Source: Rhizophagus irregularis (taxonomy: Eukaryota). Taken from it: 64,000 nt of DNA. Within the stretch, counting starts at the first letter, position 1, and every line of letters begins with the position of its first letter. Under the pieces are notes generated by a model, which made no database searches, was not told where the DNA came from, and was given only the letters and a program-made list of their open reading frames with translations. Below, in pieces: positions 27,072 through 40,612 of this stretch. The translations under genes were made by a program, and so were the position numbers. Location: the NCBI RefSeq assembly GCF_026210795.1, contig NC_089436.1:1426001-1490000 (forward strand). The letters are read 5' to 3'.

Positions 27072-28049
27072 GTTGACAAAAAATTTGTTTTTTCGCGCTT
27101 GCTTGCAAAAAAGTAGTACCTTTATGAAAGAAAGTTTTTTATTTTAGTTTTGTGGAATTTTGGGAGCCTTATATAGTAAAATGTCGGAATAATACAAAAT
27201 TTTTTAAAATCCGGTGTCTATTCATCACTATAATATGACAAATATGGTATAACTATGCCTTAATTTGATCTAACGTTATAACGCCCGCCCAAAATTAATT
27301 TGTAATTATCAACTTGATTGGATAATAGATTTTTCACGCAGCAACGCAGCAACGCAGCAATTCAATGACCAGCAAAGCACGTCATACCTTCGCTACGCTC
27401 CGAACTGTAAGAAAAAATTGAAGATTGAGATAGTTACGAAATTTACGTACAAATTCGTAAAGAAAGAAAGTATATTAAAAAACTTTTTTTTTTTCTTTTA
27501 TTTTTTTCTTTTTATTTTATTAATTGAATGATTTCGAAAATAAATATGGCATTAAAATATATTTATTAAGGAAATTGTTAAAATTGTTAAAAAGAAACCA
27601 ATCCTATATACATTCATTAATAATAATAAATAATTTTTGAAATATTATATAATACTATGGATTTTATATTTAATCAGCTAATAACTATTTAATATTAAAA
27701 TAAATCTTCATATTGTAAGCAGAGAAAAAATATCTCTTTGAATTAAAATTTTTTTTTGGGTTTTGTACAATTTGTCAAAAGGAAAGAAACTTGAATAGGT
27801 TATAAAGTTCTATGTGGTAATATAAAGAAATAGATATCAAGAGAGGAAGGTTCTATAGATAAATACTTAATGCTGAGATAAGTAAAGCGAACCAAATAAA
27901 ATAAAAATAAATTGTTAATAAAGTTCAAGTTTTTAAAATAAAATAAAGATAATGCAAATAAACAATAAAAAGTAAATAATGATATAATAATGATAATAAT
28001 AATGATAATAATAATAATAAAATAATAAGTATTCGATACCCTATTAGAA

Positions 28050-29228
28050 TCAAGGGGTTAGAACAACGCGTATGCGGTATTCATCTAATAATTTCATTAA
28101 TTCACTGTCAGCTCCAAGGTATACTTGTTCCTAAATATGATAACGAGAATTATTAATGATATGTTAAGGATGATTGAACATGCAAAAATAAAGATAAAAA
28201 ATTATTTCTTTCGTGAAATTATAATATTAAAATCAATAGCCAACCTCTTGTGAAAATGTCACTTGTGCATTGATAGGTGCACCATATTTGTCAAGATAAA
28301 ATCTTAAAAGAGTGACATCACCATAACGAATGTTTTGCATTATCAACATATTATATGTTTTTTTAAGTCTCACGTCAGTGATGAGCCATTCATTTCGACG
28401 ACTATTATTATGTGATCTTTCACCCGGTACAGATCTTCCAGAACGACCCGCAAATTTTGCATTCATTCTTGCAGCATATTTTTGAAGGAATTGCAATTTC
28501 GGATTTGGATTCGTCATTAACTCTGAACCTTGATATTGAGTTGAAGCACACTTATAACATGGCATGTTCTGATTTGGTTGAAAATAACATTCATTACAAC
28601 AAGAACCTATTCCTGAAGTATTAGTATTAATAACAGGTGGATCTATATTAGGTGCTTTATCAAGTGAATATAAAACTGACCAATATGTAGGCCATCGTGA
28701 GTTTGTTTGACGCGAAGTCGGTGAAACTTTATTATTATTAGGTCCAGAGTTTGGAGCATCATTAGCATCAACAAAAAACTCATCTAAAATTCGATCGAGT
28801 AATTTTGGTGCACGATATTGTAAATGAGCTCCATATGCATATAGAACTAAGGAGCCCGACTTAACAGAAAGCCCATAGACATATCTAAGAAATAAGATAA
28901 GTTCTTTTTGAAAATGATTGCCAAGGTATTTACATGTTCGTGAAAAACGTGAATATTCTGGTAAAGTAAGGTTATATGAAATTCGAGTAATTAATTCAGC
29001 TGGAAGAGATAATAAAGTTGTATTTTCTTTTTGTGATAAGGGAGTTAATTGTGATACTGAAGAACCTATTGGAGATAAAATGACATCAGTCGACGTGGAC
29101 AAGTCTCGTGAAATATTCCTACTACTATTACTATTGTTATTATTATGCTGTGAACGAGGTGTTCCTTGGAATTGACGTAGTCTGTAACGTTGTTTGCAAC
29201 GTTGTTTAATTGAAGAATCCGCTTTCAT
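28050..29228 (-). CDS. F-box domain protein (2 exons)
   Basis: LLSLPAELITRISYNL...FSRTCKYL F-box. Probable last exon 28130-28050 (EQVYLGADSELMKLLDEYRIRVVLTP*). Confidence 0.7.
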
Positions 29229-30717
29229 TTTGATAAATAAACTGAGATGACTAAAGGAGATCCTTTTTTTTTTAATAAACAAAAACTTCAAAAATAAGCG
29301 ATGAGTGGTGAATTCAGAATTTTGTGTGTACCATGAAGGTTACTTAAACTCTTATGGTCTCACACGAAAAAAAAAAGCGAAATATGTAGTGAAAGAAGAT
29401 TAAAATATGTATGTGGCCATCAGGGCGCAAAATACTTTTTGGCGTATAGATAGATTTCCGGTGTCTAGTAAATCTTCCGGAATATTTTTTTTTTTGAAAT
29501 CGGAAAAATTTTCCGGCTATAAAATTTAATCTTTAATTTATATAGATTAAAACTTAAATTCTTTAACTGGTATATGTGAATGGTGTTAAGTTTTTTTTAA
29601 CCTTTTAATTATGATGAGTCAGGAGAATTCTATTTTGGTGGACTGGAATTTAATATAAATTAAAAATTAGTAGTTTTTTTTTTCAGTGAATTGCATTACA
29701 CAATCAAAATAAGATTCATTTTTGAAAAACCGTCAAACTAGTTAATCTTCGCGACACAATGCAACTTGATTGTTTCACAGACTTCTACAAAAAGAAAAAA
29801 AGAGATTGAAAACCAGTAAGAAATGGATTATTCGTGTACCTATTCGGAAATTTTCCAAACACGGTTTATTTTGATATAAATGATTTTTTTTTTTATAATC
29901 CTAAGCCATAATACATTACGGACGAGTTATTGGACATCGGGAAATAAAATTGGATTGACATCGGAATTAAGCTTGATTAATATATATTGTAGATAATGTA
30001 TATAATGTTAATTTATGCAAATACCTATCAATACGCAAAGCATTACCAAAAATACATCCAAAAAAGAAACTACAATTAGTTACAAAATATTGATATTTTA
30101 TAAATAAAAATGTCAAGTTAAAGCATCCCATTTGGAAATTATAAAAGGAAATATAAAAAAAAATCTTTTTCTTAAAAAAAAAAATTACTTTGATTTACCA
30201 TAAATATTTATTATAAACTTATAATCCTAAAATATAATATGCTAATAATGTTTGGAAAAAACTCGATTTTCCCCACTTTTCATTAAATATAAAAAGTTAA
30301 CGCCCAATCATACACGATTATCAATTATGTAAAATCTTAACTAAACAAATTCTAGAAAAGCACTAGCCTATTTAGTTGAGAATTCCCATAGCATTTTATT
30401 TCCCTAAAAATAATCCTCCGCACTGATAATTTCGCTGCGGATTTATTTATAAATAGATTTTACTTTATTTATATATATAATAAATATTTATGTTTACATT
30501 AAATCATTTACTAATAAGTGAAAGTGAAGAAAAAAAACATGGCAGACACGCAAGCACATGAATTAGTTAGACATGTGTCACGGCTTGATCACGGACTTTA
30601 ACTTTTTACATTGACCGAAATTTATATAAAAATCACTTGACATCTACGTGACACGATCTACGGATAAATTGATATAAAACGACTTTGATTTACTATATTG
30701 AAAAAAATAAGACTTCA

Positions 30718-31644
30718 ATGATGTCAACGTCAAGCTCTCTTGATTCAGCAGAATCAAATGGATCTAATGTTTGGGCTTATAAAGCAGCTTTTGATAAAGT
30801 ATGTATACTATGAATTTTCTTTTTAAAAATAAATTATTAATACTTATTTTAACTCTTTTTTTCCCTGAAATAGCGGTATCAAAAATTTTTAGATGAAGTA
30901 ACTCCATATTATGCGTATAGATGGATTGGCACTGTTGTCATATTGGGATTATTCATGCTACGCATTTTCATATTACAAGGTTTTTACATAGTAACTTATG
31001 TAAGTTTTACACTTTCATTGTGTTGCTCTTAAAGTGATCTTTTGATAAATGTAAATTTGAAACCGAATTATATTAAATCATTTTATTCAATTTATTAGGC
31101 GTTGGGGATTTATCTTCTTAATCTTTTCCTCGCTTTTCTACAACCTAAATTTGATCCGTCATTAGAAATGGATATTACAGAAAACGAGGGAGAAGAGGGA
31201 CCCTCACTACCCACTCAGGCTGACGAAGAATTTAAGCCTTTTATTCGAAGATTACCCGAATTCAAATTTTGGTATAAATTATTATTTTTATGATATGAAA
31301 TATTTATACGTGAGAAAATATTTTCAATTGTCTTAATTCCTTTTTAATTGAATTTTTATAGGTATTCCTCAACGAAAGCTATTGTTATATCTTTATTTTG
31401 CACCTTTTTCCCATTCTTTGACATACCAGTTTTTTGGCCGATTCTTCTTATATATTTCTGTATTCTTTTTGCTATTACAATGAAACGACAGATAAAGCAT
31501 ATGAGGAAATACAAGTAAGTTTTTTTTATTTAAGAGTTTACAAAGAGAAAATTTTATATTTTATTAACTTTTTTGTTTGTTTGTTTTCTAAATAGTTATG
31601 TTCCATTTGATATTGGTAAAAAGGCATATAATGGTAAAAAATAA
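30718..31644 (+). CDS. RER1: Golgi-to-ER retrieval receptor Rer1 (5 exons)
   Basis: YQKFLD..TPY...[67 protein letters not shown]. Confidence 0.97.
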
Positions 31645-32219
31645 CCAAAAATGAGTGTTATAATTCAATGAATCAAATAAAACTTTGATTCATGTATTAA
31701 TACACCATTTATTTTATTTTATATATCACAATAATAGAGTATACATTATAATCAATATTCAAAACTAACTTTATTTTTTTTTTTTAAAAAAAATTGGGGT
31801 AACTTTTAAAAGAACAAAATAATGAATCATCTAACAATGTGAATGTTAGTTTGGGTGAGATATAAAACCTTTATGTTCTTTTTTATTTTCATATATTTGT
31901 ATACTTTATATTTCGTACTGTTGTGTATCAAATTAATTTTCCCGAATTGTTAAAATATTAGTATAATATAGAAATTATAGGTTTTTTTTTTAAAAAAAAA
32001 AAAAAATATCTATAAAACCAATTTTTTATATTAAAATCAGTACAATAATTTAATGTGGACCATTTATATAAATGAATTAATAATATGTGAAAGCTTGAAA
32101 GCTGTATAATAAATACTGTAATTAATTCTTCATATAAAAGTCATGTGATGGTTCGGAAATTTTATCATAATCACATGAGTATCTGTGATGCATCTTTTAT
32201 TCTTTATTTTATAACAAAA

Positions 32220-33510
32220 ATGCCTGAGCTTCCAGAAGTTCACCGTGCCGAGAGGGCTTGTAACGCAAATGTAGTTGGAAAAAAAATTGTTAAAGTTGAA
32301 GCGGTATGATCAAGTTTATTTTATTTATTTATTGATGTAACAAATATTTTCAAACTCTTTTTTTTAATACTTTTAAGCAAGAAGACAAGTTAATTTTTGG
32401 CAATATTTCGAAGGGTGAATTCGAACGTAGTTTATTAAATAAGTTTGTTGTAAATACTGGTCGCTGGGGAAAATATTTCTATTTTGGTAAGTAAAATTTG
32501 TTCGTTTTGATTAATGGCGCGTATCTTGATTTATATTTTGTCAATTATTAGAAATGAATGAAAGTCCAAACCCCGTCTTTCATTTCGGAATGACTGGAGA
32601 TATCTATGTATGTATTGTTTTATTTTTAATCATATTGGCCTAATTTATTTATTATAGTATAAATTTTCCTCATAGTTTAAGGATCAAGAGACATTTTCTT
32701 ATCGTAGTAAACGATCCAAAAATGATCCAAATGAATGGCCTCCTAAATTTTGGAAATTCATTCTTACATTCGAAGACTCGTCTAATGTATATACTGAAAA
32801 AATTATGATGGCATTTTCTGATGTACGTAGATTAGCAAGAGTATTTCTTACTATCAACTCACCATTACAAGATGTTCCTATATCAAAATTAGGATTTGAT
32901 CCTCTGCAGAGCATGCCTAATATTCAGAAATTCAGTGAATTGATTTTGAAGCGAAAATGCCCGATCAAAGCTTTATTGTTAGATCAACAATTTTCTGCAG
33001 GGGTTGGTAATTGGGTTGCGGACGAAGTATTGTTCCAATCACATATTCATCCCAATCAGCACGCAAATACTCTCAGCAAAGAACAAATTGAAACGCTGCA
33101 TGAGAAATTAGTTTATGTTTGTAAGACAGCTGTTGATGTAAATGCTGAAGCGCGATTATTTCCTAACAGTTGGCTATTTCATTATAGATGGAATAAGAGA
33201 AATAAGAATGGGGCATTTATGCCGAATGGAGAACAAATCATATTTGAAACCGTAGGTGGTAGAACTACCGCTATTGTATCGAGTGTACAAAAGTTACCTG
33301 AAGGTACAGCAAATTCGCGTTTACATGCTTCTACTAGTACAGTAAGTTTACTTTTATACTCATGTTTCAATTTATCATTTACTGATTACGTTACTTATGC
33401 ATAACATCTATTCCTTATTTGTTAACCCCAAAAAGCTAATACGTCAAAAACGCAAGATTATCACGGTTGGCGATAATAAGTCAACCGAAAAGCGGTCTCG
33501 AAAGACGTAA
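32220..33510 (+). CDS. FPG: Formamidopyrimidine-DNA glycosylase, plant/fungal Fpg type
   Basis: Catalytic N-terminus MPELPEV, GRWGKYF, HFGMTG, FSDVRRLAR, H2TH KALLLDQ...GVGNWVADEVLFQS.IHP, VGGRTT. No C4 zinc finger. Confidence 0.93.
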
Positions 33511-33816
33511 ATGATCTGTAGAATTATGATTTGTGGAATTAGATTCGACGAAATTAAGTATCGAGACTTTGATATGACTAAGTAAATCAACAGATACGCA
33601 TAATTCGCATGTCAAAAGACAGTTTTCTATACTTCTTTTTTTTTTTATTATGAACCACTTTTAACATCGTACAATAAATATTAATGCAAATAAAGCTCAA
33701 ACCCTTTGGCCAATCAAATCATTGGAAATTCCATTGGTCAAAATGTGACACGAAACTATCACAAAGTAGTAACATTTGAGGCTAGCCAATCGAGCCCGAT
33801 AATTTCAATTTTAATA

Positions 33817-34534
33817 ATGTCATTAATAACGCGTTCTCTTCTTCACAATTTACAACTACGTCAACCCATTATTATTTATAATTTAAGATATAAAACTCAT
33901 ATATTTCGTTATAAATTATTTCAAGAATTTAATACAACAAAATTACAAAATCAATTAATTTTAAAAAAGAGTTTATTTACAAGTAATTCATTATTTTCTG
34001 ATGAATCAATTATTGATAATTCTATAGTAGAGCCAACAAATGTTATCAAAGAAAATAACAAAAGTAAAAAACAAAGAATTGAAATTGAATTAAACGAACA
34101 AGATTTGATAGAATCATTTGTAAAGGGTTCAGGTAATGGTGGTCAAAAAATAAATACTACTTCAAATTGTGTGGATTTAAAACATATTCCAACGGGAATA
34201 AGAGTTCAGGTTAAAAAAAATTTTTTTAATACTCCTTATATTTAGTTTATGTAGGTACTAATTTGATAATTGTTCTTTTGTACAGTGTCAAAAAACAAGA
34301 TCATTACAACAAAATAGAAATATAGCAAGAAAAATTTTAATAGAAAAATTAGATAATTATTTTAATGGTGAATTGAGTAAATATAATTTAAAAAAAGAAA
34401 AAGTTAGAAAAAAACAATCGAAAAAAAAGAAAAGAACTAAAGAAAAGTATGGTGATAAAAATAAATCTGTTAAAGAAAATGAAGATTTTGAAGAGGATAT
34501 AAATAATATAAATAATACGATTAGTACTGGATAA
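33817..34534 (+). CDS. Mitochondrial GGQ peptidyl-tRNA hydrolase / release factor (C12orf65/MTRFR-like), 2 exons
   Basis: Basic presequence-like N-terminus, [15 protein letters not shown]...[31 protein letters not shown], Lys-rich tail. Confidence 0.85.
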
Positions 34535-34634
34535 AAAATAAATGAATTATTATTTTGAGATTTAAACACATTAAAAAATTTATTTATTTATTATAATATT
34601 ATTGATTATATTCATAAATTTTTATTTCAAATTC

Positions 34635-35817
34635 TTAAACAAGCAAAACTGCATTAACACACCCATCATTTTCGGGATTATTTGTCACTTTTAATTAAGT
34701 AAAAAGTTAGTATAAATATAGGAAAAAATATATATATAATTTTTATATGCTACGTACCTTGTGCATATTTACCCCAAACAACTTTACCAGAAGTTGTAAC
34801 AAGACCTAATTCGGAAACATTAACTTCAATGACGGTACCTTTAGTAAGTACACCCAACTGAGTATAAAGAGGACTTTGAGGATTTTTCTTTACACCAATG
34901 ATTGGTAAACAAAAAGTGGCTCCCAGCTCTGGATGTGTAACATGAGCTTTTTTATAACGTAATGCCATGGGTCTAATAAATCTCTCATATTTTGGTGGTT
35001 TACGAGTAAAACCATCTCCAACAAAAGTCGCTTTTGTGATCATACGTTTCCATTGTTTGGCTATATGTCAATAAAACAAAATTTTAAATCAATAAAATAA
35101 TCTTATCTTAATTTAAACAATTTATAAAAAAAGAATAACTTACTTCTATTTTTTCCAGTTTTAACAACTTTAAACATTTCATCTTCAGCGATGCCCCTAA
35201 CTTTAGGTAAGGGTACATTCCATTTGCCAGCTTTTTCTTTACGTTTTTGTTTTATCATATTTGACAATATTTTGGCTCTTTTTTGTCCTTCACGATCTAA
35301 TAAATATGCTGGTATTGCTCCTTCAGGTACTGCTTGATCATCTTTTTGTTTAGTTGATTTCTCTTGATGTTGTTTTATCCTTAATTTATAATCAAAAAAA
35401 AAAAATTATTAAACGTAAATCTTTTAAATCTTAGATAAAAAATTAATTGATTACAAATAAACTTACTTCTTCTTCATTTCTATCTTTTCTGCATGTCGCT
35501 TCTTATTATATAATTTTGCTCTTATACCATGAACTTTTTGTGCAAAAGCTGAAGTGCTATGAGCTTCACGTGCCTCCCTCTTTCGCCTTAATTCATTAAA
35601 TATAATCAACCGTTTTATTACTTAAAAATTCAAAAATTCAAGAATTATCAAAAAAAAAAAAAATTACATTACTTGCGCTCTTCGTAATCCAATCTTCGTC
35701 CATGTTTTTTAATGGATTCTTCAATATATTCGTTTTGCGGCTAATTTAAAGCATTAAATAATCAAATTTAATTTGTTGTTTTACTTCAATATTTTTAAAT
35801 TCAGGAATAATTACCAT
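34635..35817 (-). CDS. NSA2: Ribosome biogenesis protein Nsa2 (6 exons)
   Basis: [22 protein letters not shown]..., [53 protein letters not shown]. Confidence 0.97.
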
Positions 35818-36172
35818 TTTTTAATGAATAAATCCTCTTAACGAATTATCAGTTATTTGAATCTATCACCTTTATTTTATTCTTGATCAACATGATCATC
35901 ACGTGAAATTGAGCCAATGAAATGGTCTCTCCTTAAAGAATTTAAGAAAACCTCGTTTCACATTTTTAAAATATATTTATATAATTTTTTATAATTACTA
36001 TAAGTATTTGCTTATTGCATCTGATACGCGCGATTTTTACGCGAGCATTTTAATGGTCAATCTTATTGGTTGAAATCTTTGTATGTGCTACACTTGCTAT
36101 ATAAATTTTAAAAGATTTTGAGTTAAATACAAAACAAAGAATTTAATAGTTACAAAGATAAAAAATTTTTTT
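35818..36172. promoter_or_regulatory. Short bidirectional promoter NSA2 / MAU2
   Basis: 355 bp between divergent ATGs. Contains TCACGTGA, CCAAT/ATTGG boxes and two ACGCG (MCB-like) motifs at ~36026-36043. Confidence 0.45.
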
Positions 36173-39100
36173 ATGTCACGAAATCATTATCCTTCAAATT
36201 ATCAGGCATGGCCTAATCAACAACCGCAATCGGCCCAATGGCAATACCAACAACAGCAACAGCAACAGCAGCAACCAGAGTATTTACAACAACAGTTCAT
36301 ATATCAAACTCAGCAACAAGCCCGAATTCACGGTCAGCAACAAAACTATTATCAACAACCGCAAGCTCAATATGGATATATGGAGTATTCTCCTTCACCT
36401 TATAACAGGAGTTACGAATCAATTCCTTTTGTGAGCCCCCAAAACTCAATGTCCGCTCCTTTGTCACAAAATTCTTATCATATGACTCAACAACTTCCTC
36501 CAGTAAATCAATACGCTCAACCTCAAATTTCACAACAACAAAGTCAACAGCAACTTTATCAACATCAATTACAACAACAATTTGCACAACAGCAATTGAT
36601 TCAGCAGTCTCAACAGCCAGTTCCTCAACAAATAACACTCTCAGAACATTTGGCTCCAGCACGTCAATTGTCGCAACCTATAGTACCTACTCAAGCTCTT
36701 CCACAAGCTCCTACACAAATTAATGTGTATCAACAAACACCATCGTCTCAATTTTCACAGAAGTCATTACAAGAACCTCAATTACTTCCATATCAATTGT
36801 TATGGTATCTAGCAGAACATTATTTAACAAAAGCATCCGCTTTGCCCACTTCATCACTAGCCAATTTTCCAACACTATCTCCACAACACCAACGGCAAAT
36901 ATTGGCAGCGATTAATTGTTTGGAGGCAGTTCTTAAAAGTATAACGAATGGGAAAAATTATATGACATTAATTGAGTTGAAAACGCGCTTTAGGTTAAGT
37001 CAAATTCTTTTTTGGTTTACTGATAATATTCGAGAAGCAGAAAATCATATACAGAAAGCGATTTTGCTTTCTCAAGAGGTAAATAAGATATGGATAACTA
37101 AATAGATTAATAAATTCATTCTTTAATGTATATACATTTTTTGTGTTTTGAACAGCTGGATAAAGTTACGGAGCTCAAGTTCAGAATGATTGATTTTCAA
37201 TGTAATATTCTCAAAAGCACAAAAAACTTTAAAGCAGCGAAAAATCTTATGAAATCATGTATAGTTGAAGCAATAGAGTGTGTGAATTGGTTTTTCTTTT
37301 TTCTTGTTATTTATATATAACTCATTCGTATAAAAATATATACTCACTTTAAAAATTCGAATATAGGAATAATACACCTAATTGGACATATCACTTTTTA
37401 TTGCAATGTGCAGAATTTCACTATATCGAAGGAGATTTTAATGGATGTTCGAAAATATTAAAGCAGGCAGAGTCAATGGCTGATCAGAAAGGAGATGTTG
37501 AAATGAAGGTATATATTAATATCAACACGAATTTAAAAAGTAAAATGAATTTGGAAATTAATTTTAGTTTATATTTTATAGGCTTGCCTTCTAATTTCAA
37601 TGGCTCAATATGCATTCTCAAGTCAAAATTATCCAGAAGCACAACATGCTCTTGCTGAGCTCTCAACGGTTTATTTTCCACCGCCTTCAAGTCGTCCTCC
37701 ACCAACATATCATATATTCCCAATATCCAATCAGCTCCTTTATTTACATTTTTCATTATTATTCATTACGTATCATATGCATACTGGAAATATGAAAGCA
37801 GCAACTGAAAAGTTAACAGAGGTGCATCAAATTTTAGATCAGAAACAGGATGAAGTTACATTGGATGAATTAAAAGGATACACCACGGTAAAAACGATTT
37901 ATTTCATCGAGCAACTTATAACTTATAATTCAATGATTATATGTAATTTATTAATTGTTATTTTAGATACATATATCAGCTGCACCAACGACCTCAATGA
38001 CCACATATGCGAATGCAACAACAGCAGCACAAAGTCTACCGGTCACAATCCGTTGGCTATCAAAAGCCGAGATTTATACTCTTACATTTTTGATATCAGG
38101 GATATGTAATCGTGGAGATACTTCAACAATAAAGTCTATTATATTCTTGACAGAAGGATTAAAGATTGTTGAGAGTAATTCATCCAAATAAATTAGTTCA
38201 TGATTTAGTTTAGTCTATTTAACTTACTAATCCTTTTTTAATTTACAGGGGAAATATATTCGAATGATGGTAAGCATTAATATGTTATCATTTATCTATC
38301 ATTATGGATGTATAACATATTTTAATTTTTATTAGACAACCAATTTCCGATCCATGATGTCATCAAATCTAAAAAATTTTACGTTACATTAAAGGCATAT
38401 ATGCTTCAGCATCTAGTTGACTCTTATTTGATGAGATCAGATTTCGATGATGCCGAAAAAGTGAGTTATATTTGTTTAAAAGAACCATGGTGATTTTATT
38501 GACATGAAAAATTGTATTATATAACTTACATCTCTATATTTTCTTAAAGACTATTGCACAATTGATAAATTGGATAACTGAATATAACTTATGGGCACAA
38601 TTCCATGTTTCAGTAACACTTGCATTAGGGATGATAAACCAATGCGTAGGTAAAACTTATGAAGCTATAGAACATTATAAACAAGTGGAAAAGGTAATTT
38701 TTTTTTAATCAGAATTATATTAAGTTGGTTTCACTAAATTATTTTGTTTCGATTAAGATTGCTGATAATAGAGAAATTAGAATATTATCTAAGGTTAACC
38801 GTGCATTAATAATGGTTGGAAGCGGTAACAATCACCATCAAGATGTAAGTATATTAAAGAAGTTTTTTTTAGATTAATTCAGCACTCAAATTATTCTTTA
38901 TTTGGTGATAGATTGGAACAATAATAAAGGAAATAAAACAAGAATTGGTATACCAAACACATAATATAGATAATTTAAGAGCAGCATTACACTTCTTGGA
39001 AGCGTTATCATATGGTGATTTCTCACGAACAAAGTAAGGACGAAAATATTCTTTTATTTTCTAGAAGTTTCGTATTTTATCATTAATTTTTTTAAAAATA

Positions 39101-39656
39101 TTTTCAGGGAACATTTGGCAGAAACTTTAAAATTGTCAACAACATTATTTAATAATCAGCTTAAATCTTTAACGCTTTCATATCTTGGTGAAATATTTTG
39201 TGCTGAACATAATGAACAAGCGGAAAAAATGTTAAGTGCCGCATATCAGTTATCAAAGGATGCCAATAATGACTTGGGATGTCTTGTTTCAGGTCGACTT
39301 TTAAAAGGTATATATAGTAAATAAGTCACAAAGGGAAAAAGTTCTTATATTATGTATTTTACACATTATATATATTAATTGAAATTTATTTATCATTAGA
39401 CATTTACAGATTTCAACATAATCAACTTAATTATACAAACCGAGCGGCGTTTAATGAACAACATGAATTGGCAGTACAGAAAACACTCGCAAATTGGAGC
39501 GAAAAAAGAAGAGTTGTATTGGATTTGATCGAAAATGATGGCAGTAAATCAAGTTCTACTCCCATAATACAACATAATGCTAGTGGTGAAAATAGTATGG
39601 GTTCTTCTAATACGAATATGATGCATAGTGTGCCAGGAGGTGGAGGATATGTATAG
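36173..39656 (+). CDS. MAU2: Cohesin loader subunit Scc4/MAU2-like TPR protein with Q-rich N-terminus (multi-exon)
   Basis: LAEHYL...AINCLEAVL...ELKTRFRLSQILFWFTDNIREAENHIQKA resembles the cohesin-loader N-terminus. Helical TPR-like body over many short exons. Confidence 0.75.
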
Positions 39657-40612
39657 ACCGCGAGTCTTGTTAAATCTAATATATTTTTCTGTAATAGATT
39701 CTTGTATAGATCTTTAATTATATATCACCGAAATTTAATATAATAGTAAATTTATTAATTTATATTTCTAGGTACATTGTATATTATATTTAAGTTATAT
39801 AATTATTATATTTTAATAATTATTATATTTAAGTTACATAGTATATTTAAGTTATTTATTATGATGTAATTATTCACAAGATTAGAACCATTTGGGAGTA
39901 CCATTTGGGAGTACCATTTTTAGTCCAGAAGACTTGCTAAAACAAGTAAAAAACAAGTTTCATTTATTGTACGATAAATATAAATCTTGTCAAAATCTTG
40001 TATATTGTCGTGCATTATTTTATACGTAATATGGCATATTGTGTAAAGTCGCAAGAAATAAAAAAAATATTTCGTTACTTTCAGACTCTCAGAGGGTTGA
40101 TTGGTATACATATATTAATTAATTAAATGTTTATTTTCGTAAGTAGATGTGTACGAAGATCGAAGCATACTTTTTTTATTTTCGAACATTATAATAACTT
40201 ATACTAACACAAAAAACGCCCGCTTGAGAAGTTAAATTACATCATTGTCTAATTACATCATTGTTAATTAAATAAACAAAGTTTTAGGGGATCATTCTTA
40301 TGCGAAAAATTTGGAAATGGTATACTCAAATAAAAAGTCCTATGTATCTATCACACATTTATACAGCTATCGAGTTTAATTCAAGTTAGTATGGTTAGTA
40401 TGTCATTAGTAGTTACACTACATAATGCATAATGCAATCCATGTGCAGGCGAGAAAAATAAAATAGTAAACAAGAAGAAAATAGGTCAACATTTTTCATT
40501 TTTTTTTCCAAAAATTTTTTCTCGTTATTTTATTTTTTTTTTAAAAAAAAAATTGTTTTCTTTTTTCTTTTCTCATTATATAAAATTATATTACCAAGCG
40601 AATTATAGAAAA

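Noticed and set aside
27280..27420. Possible ncRNA in a GC-richer patch with (CGCAGCAA)3
   Set aside because: No tRNA or snoRNA structure recognisable. More likely promoter or microsatellite sequence.
39888..39919. ACCATTTGGGAGT tandem duplication
   Set aside because: A 2.5-copy microduplication with no further support.
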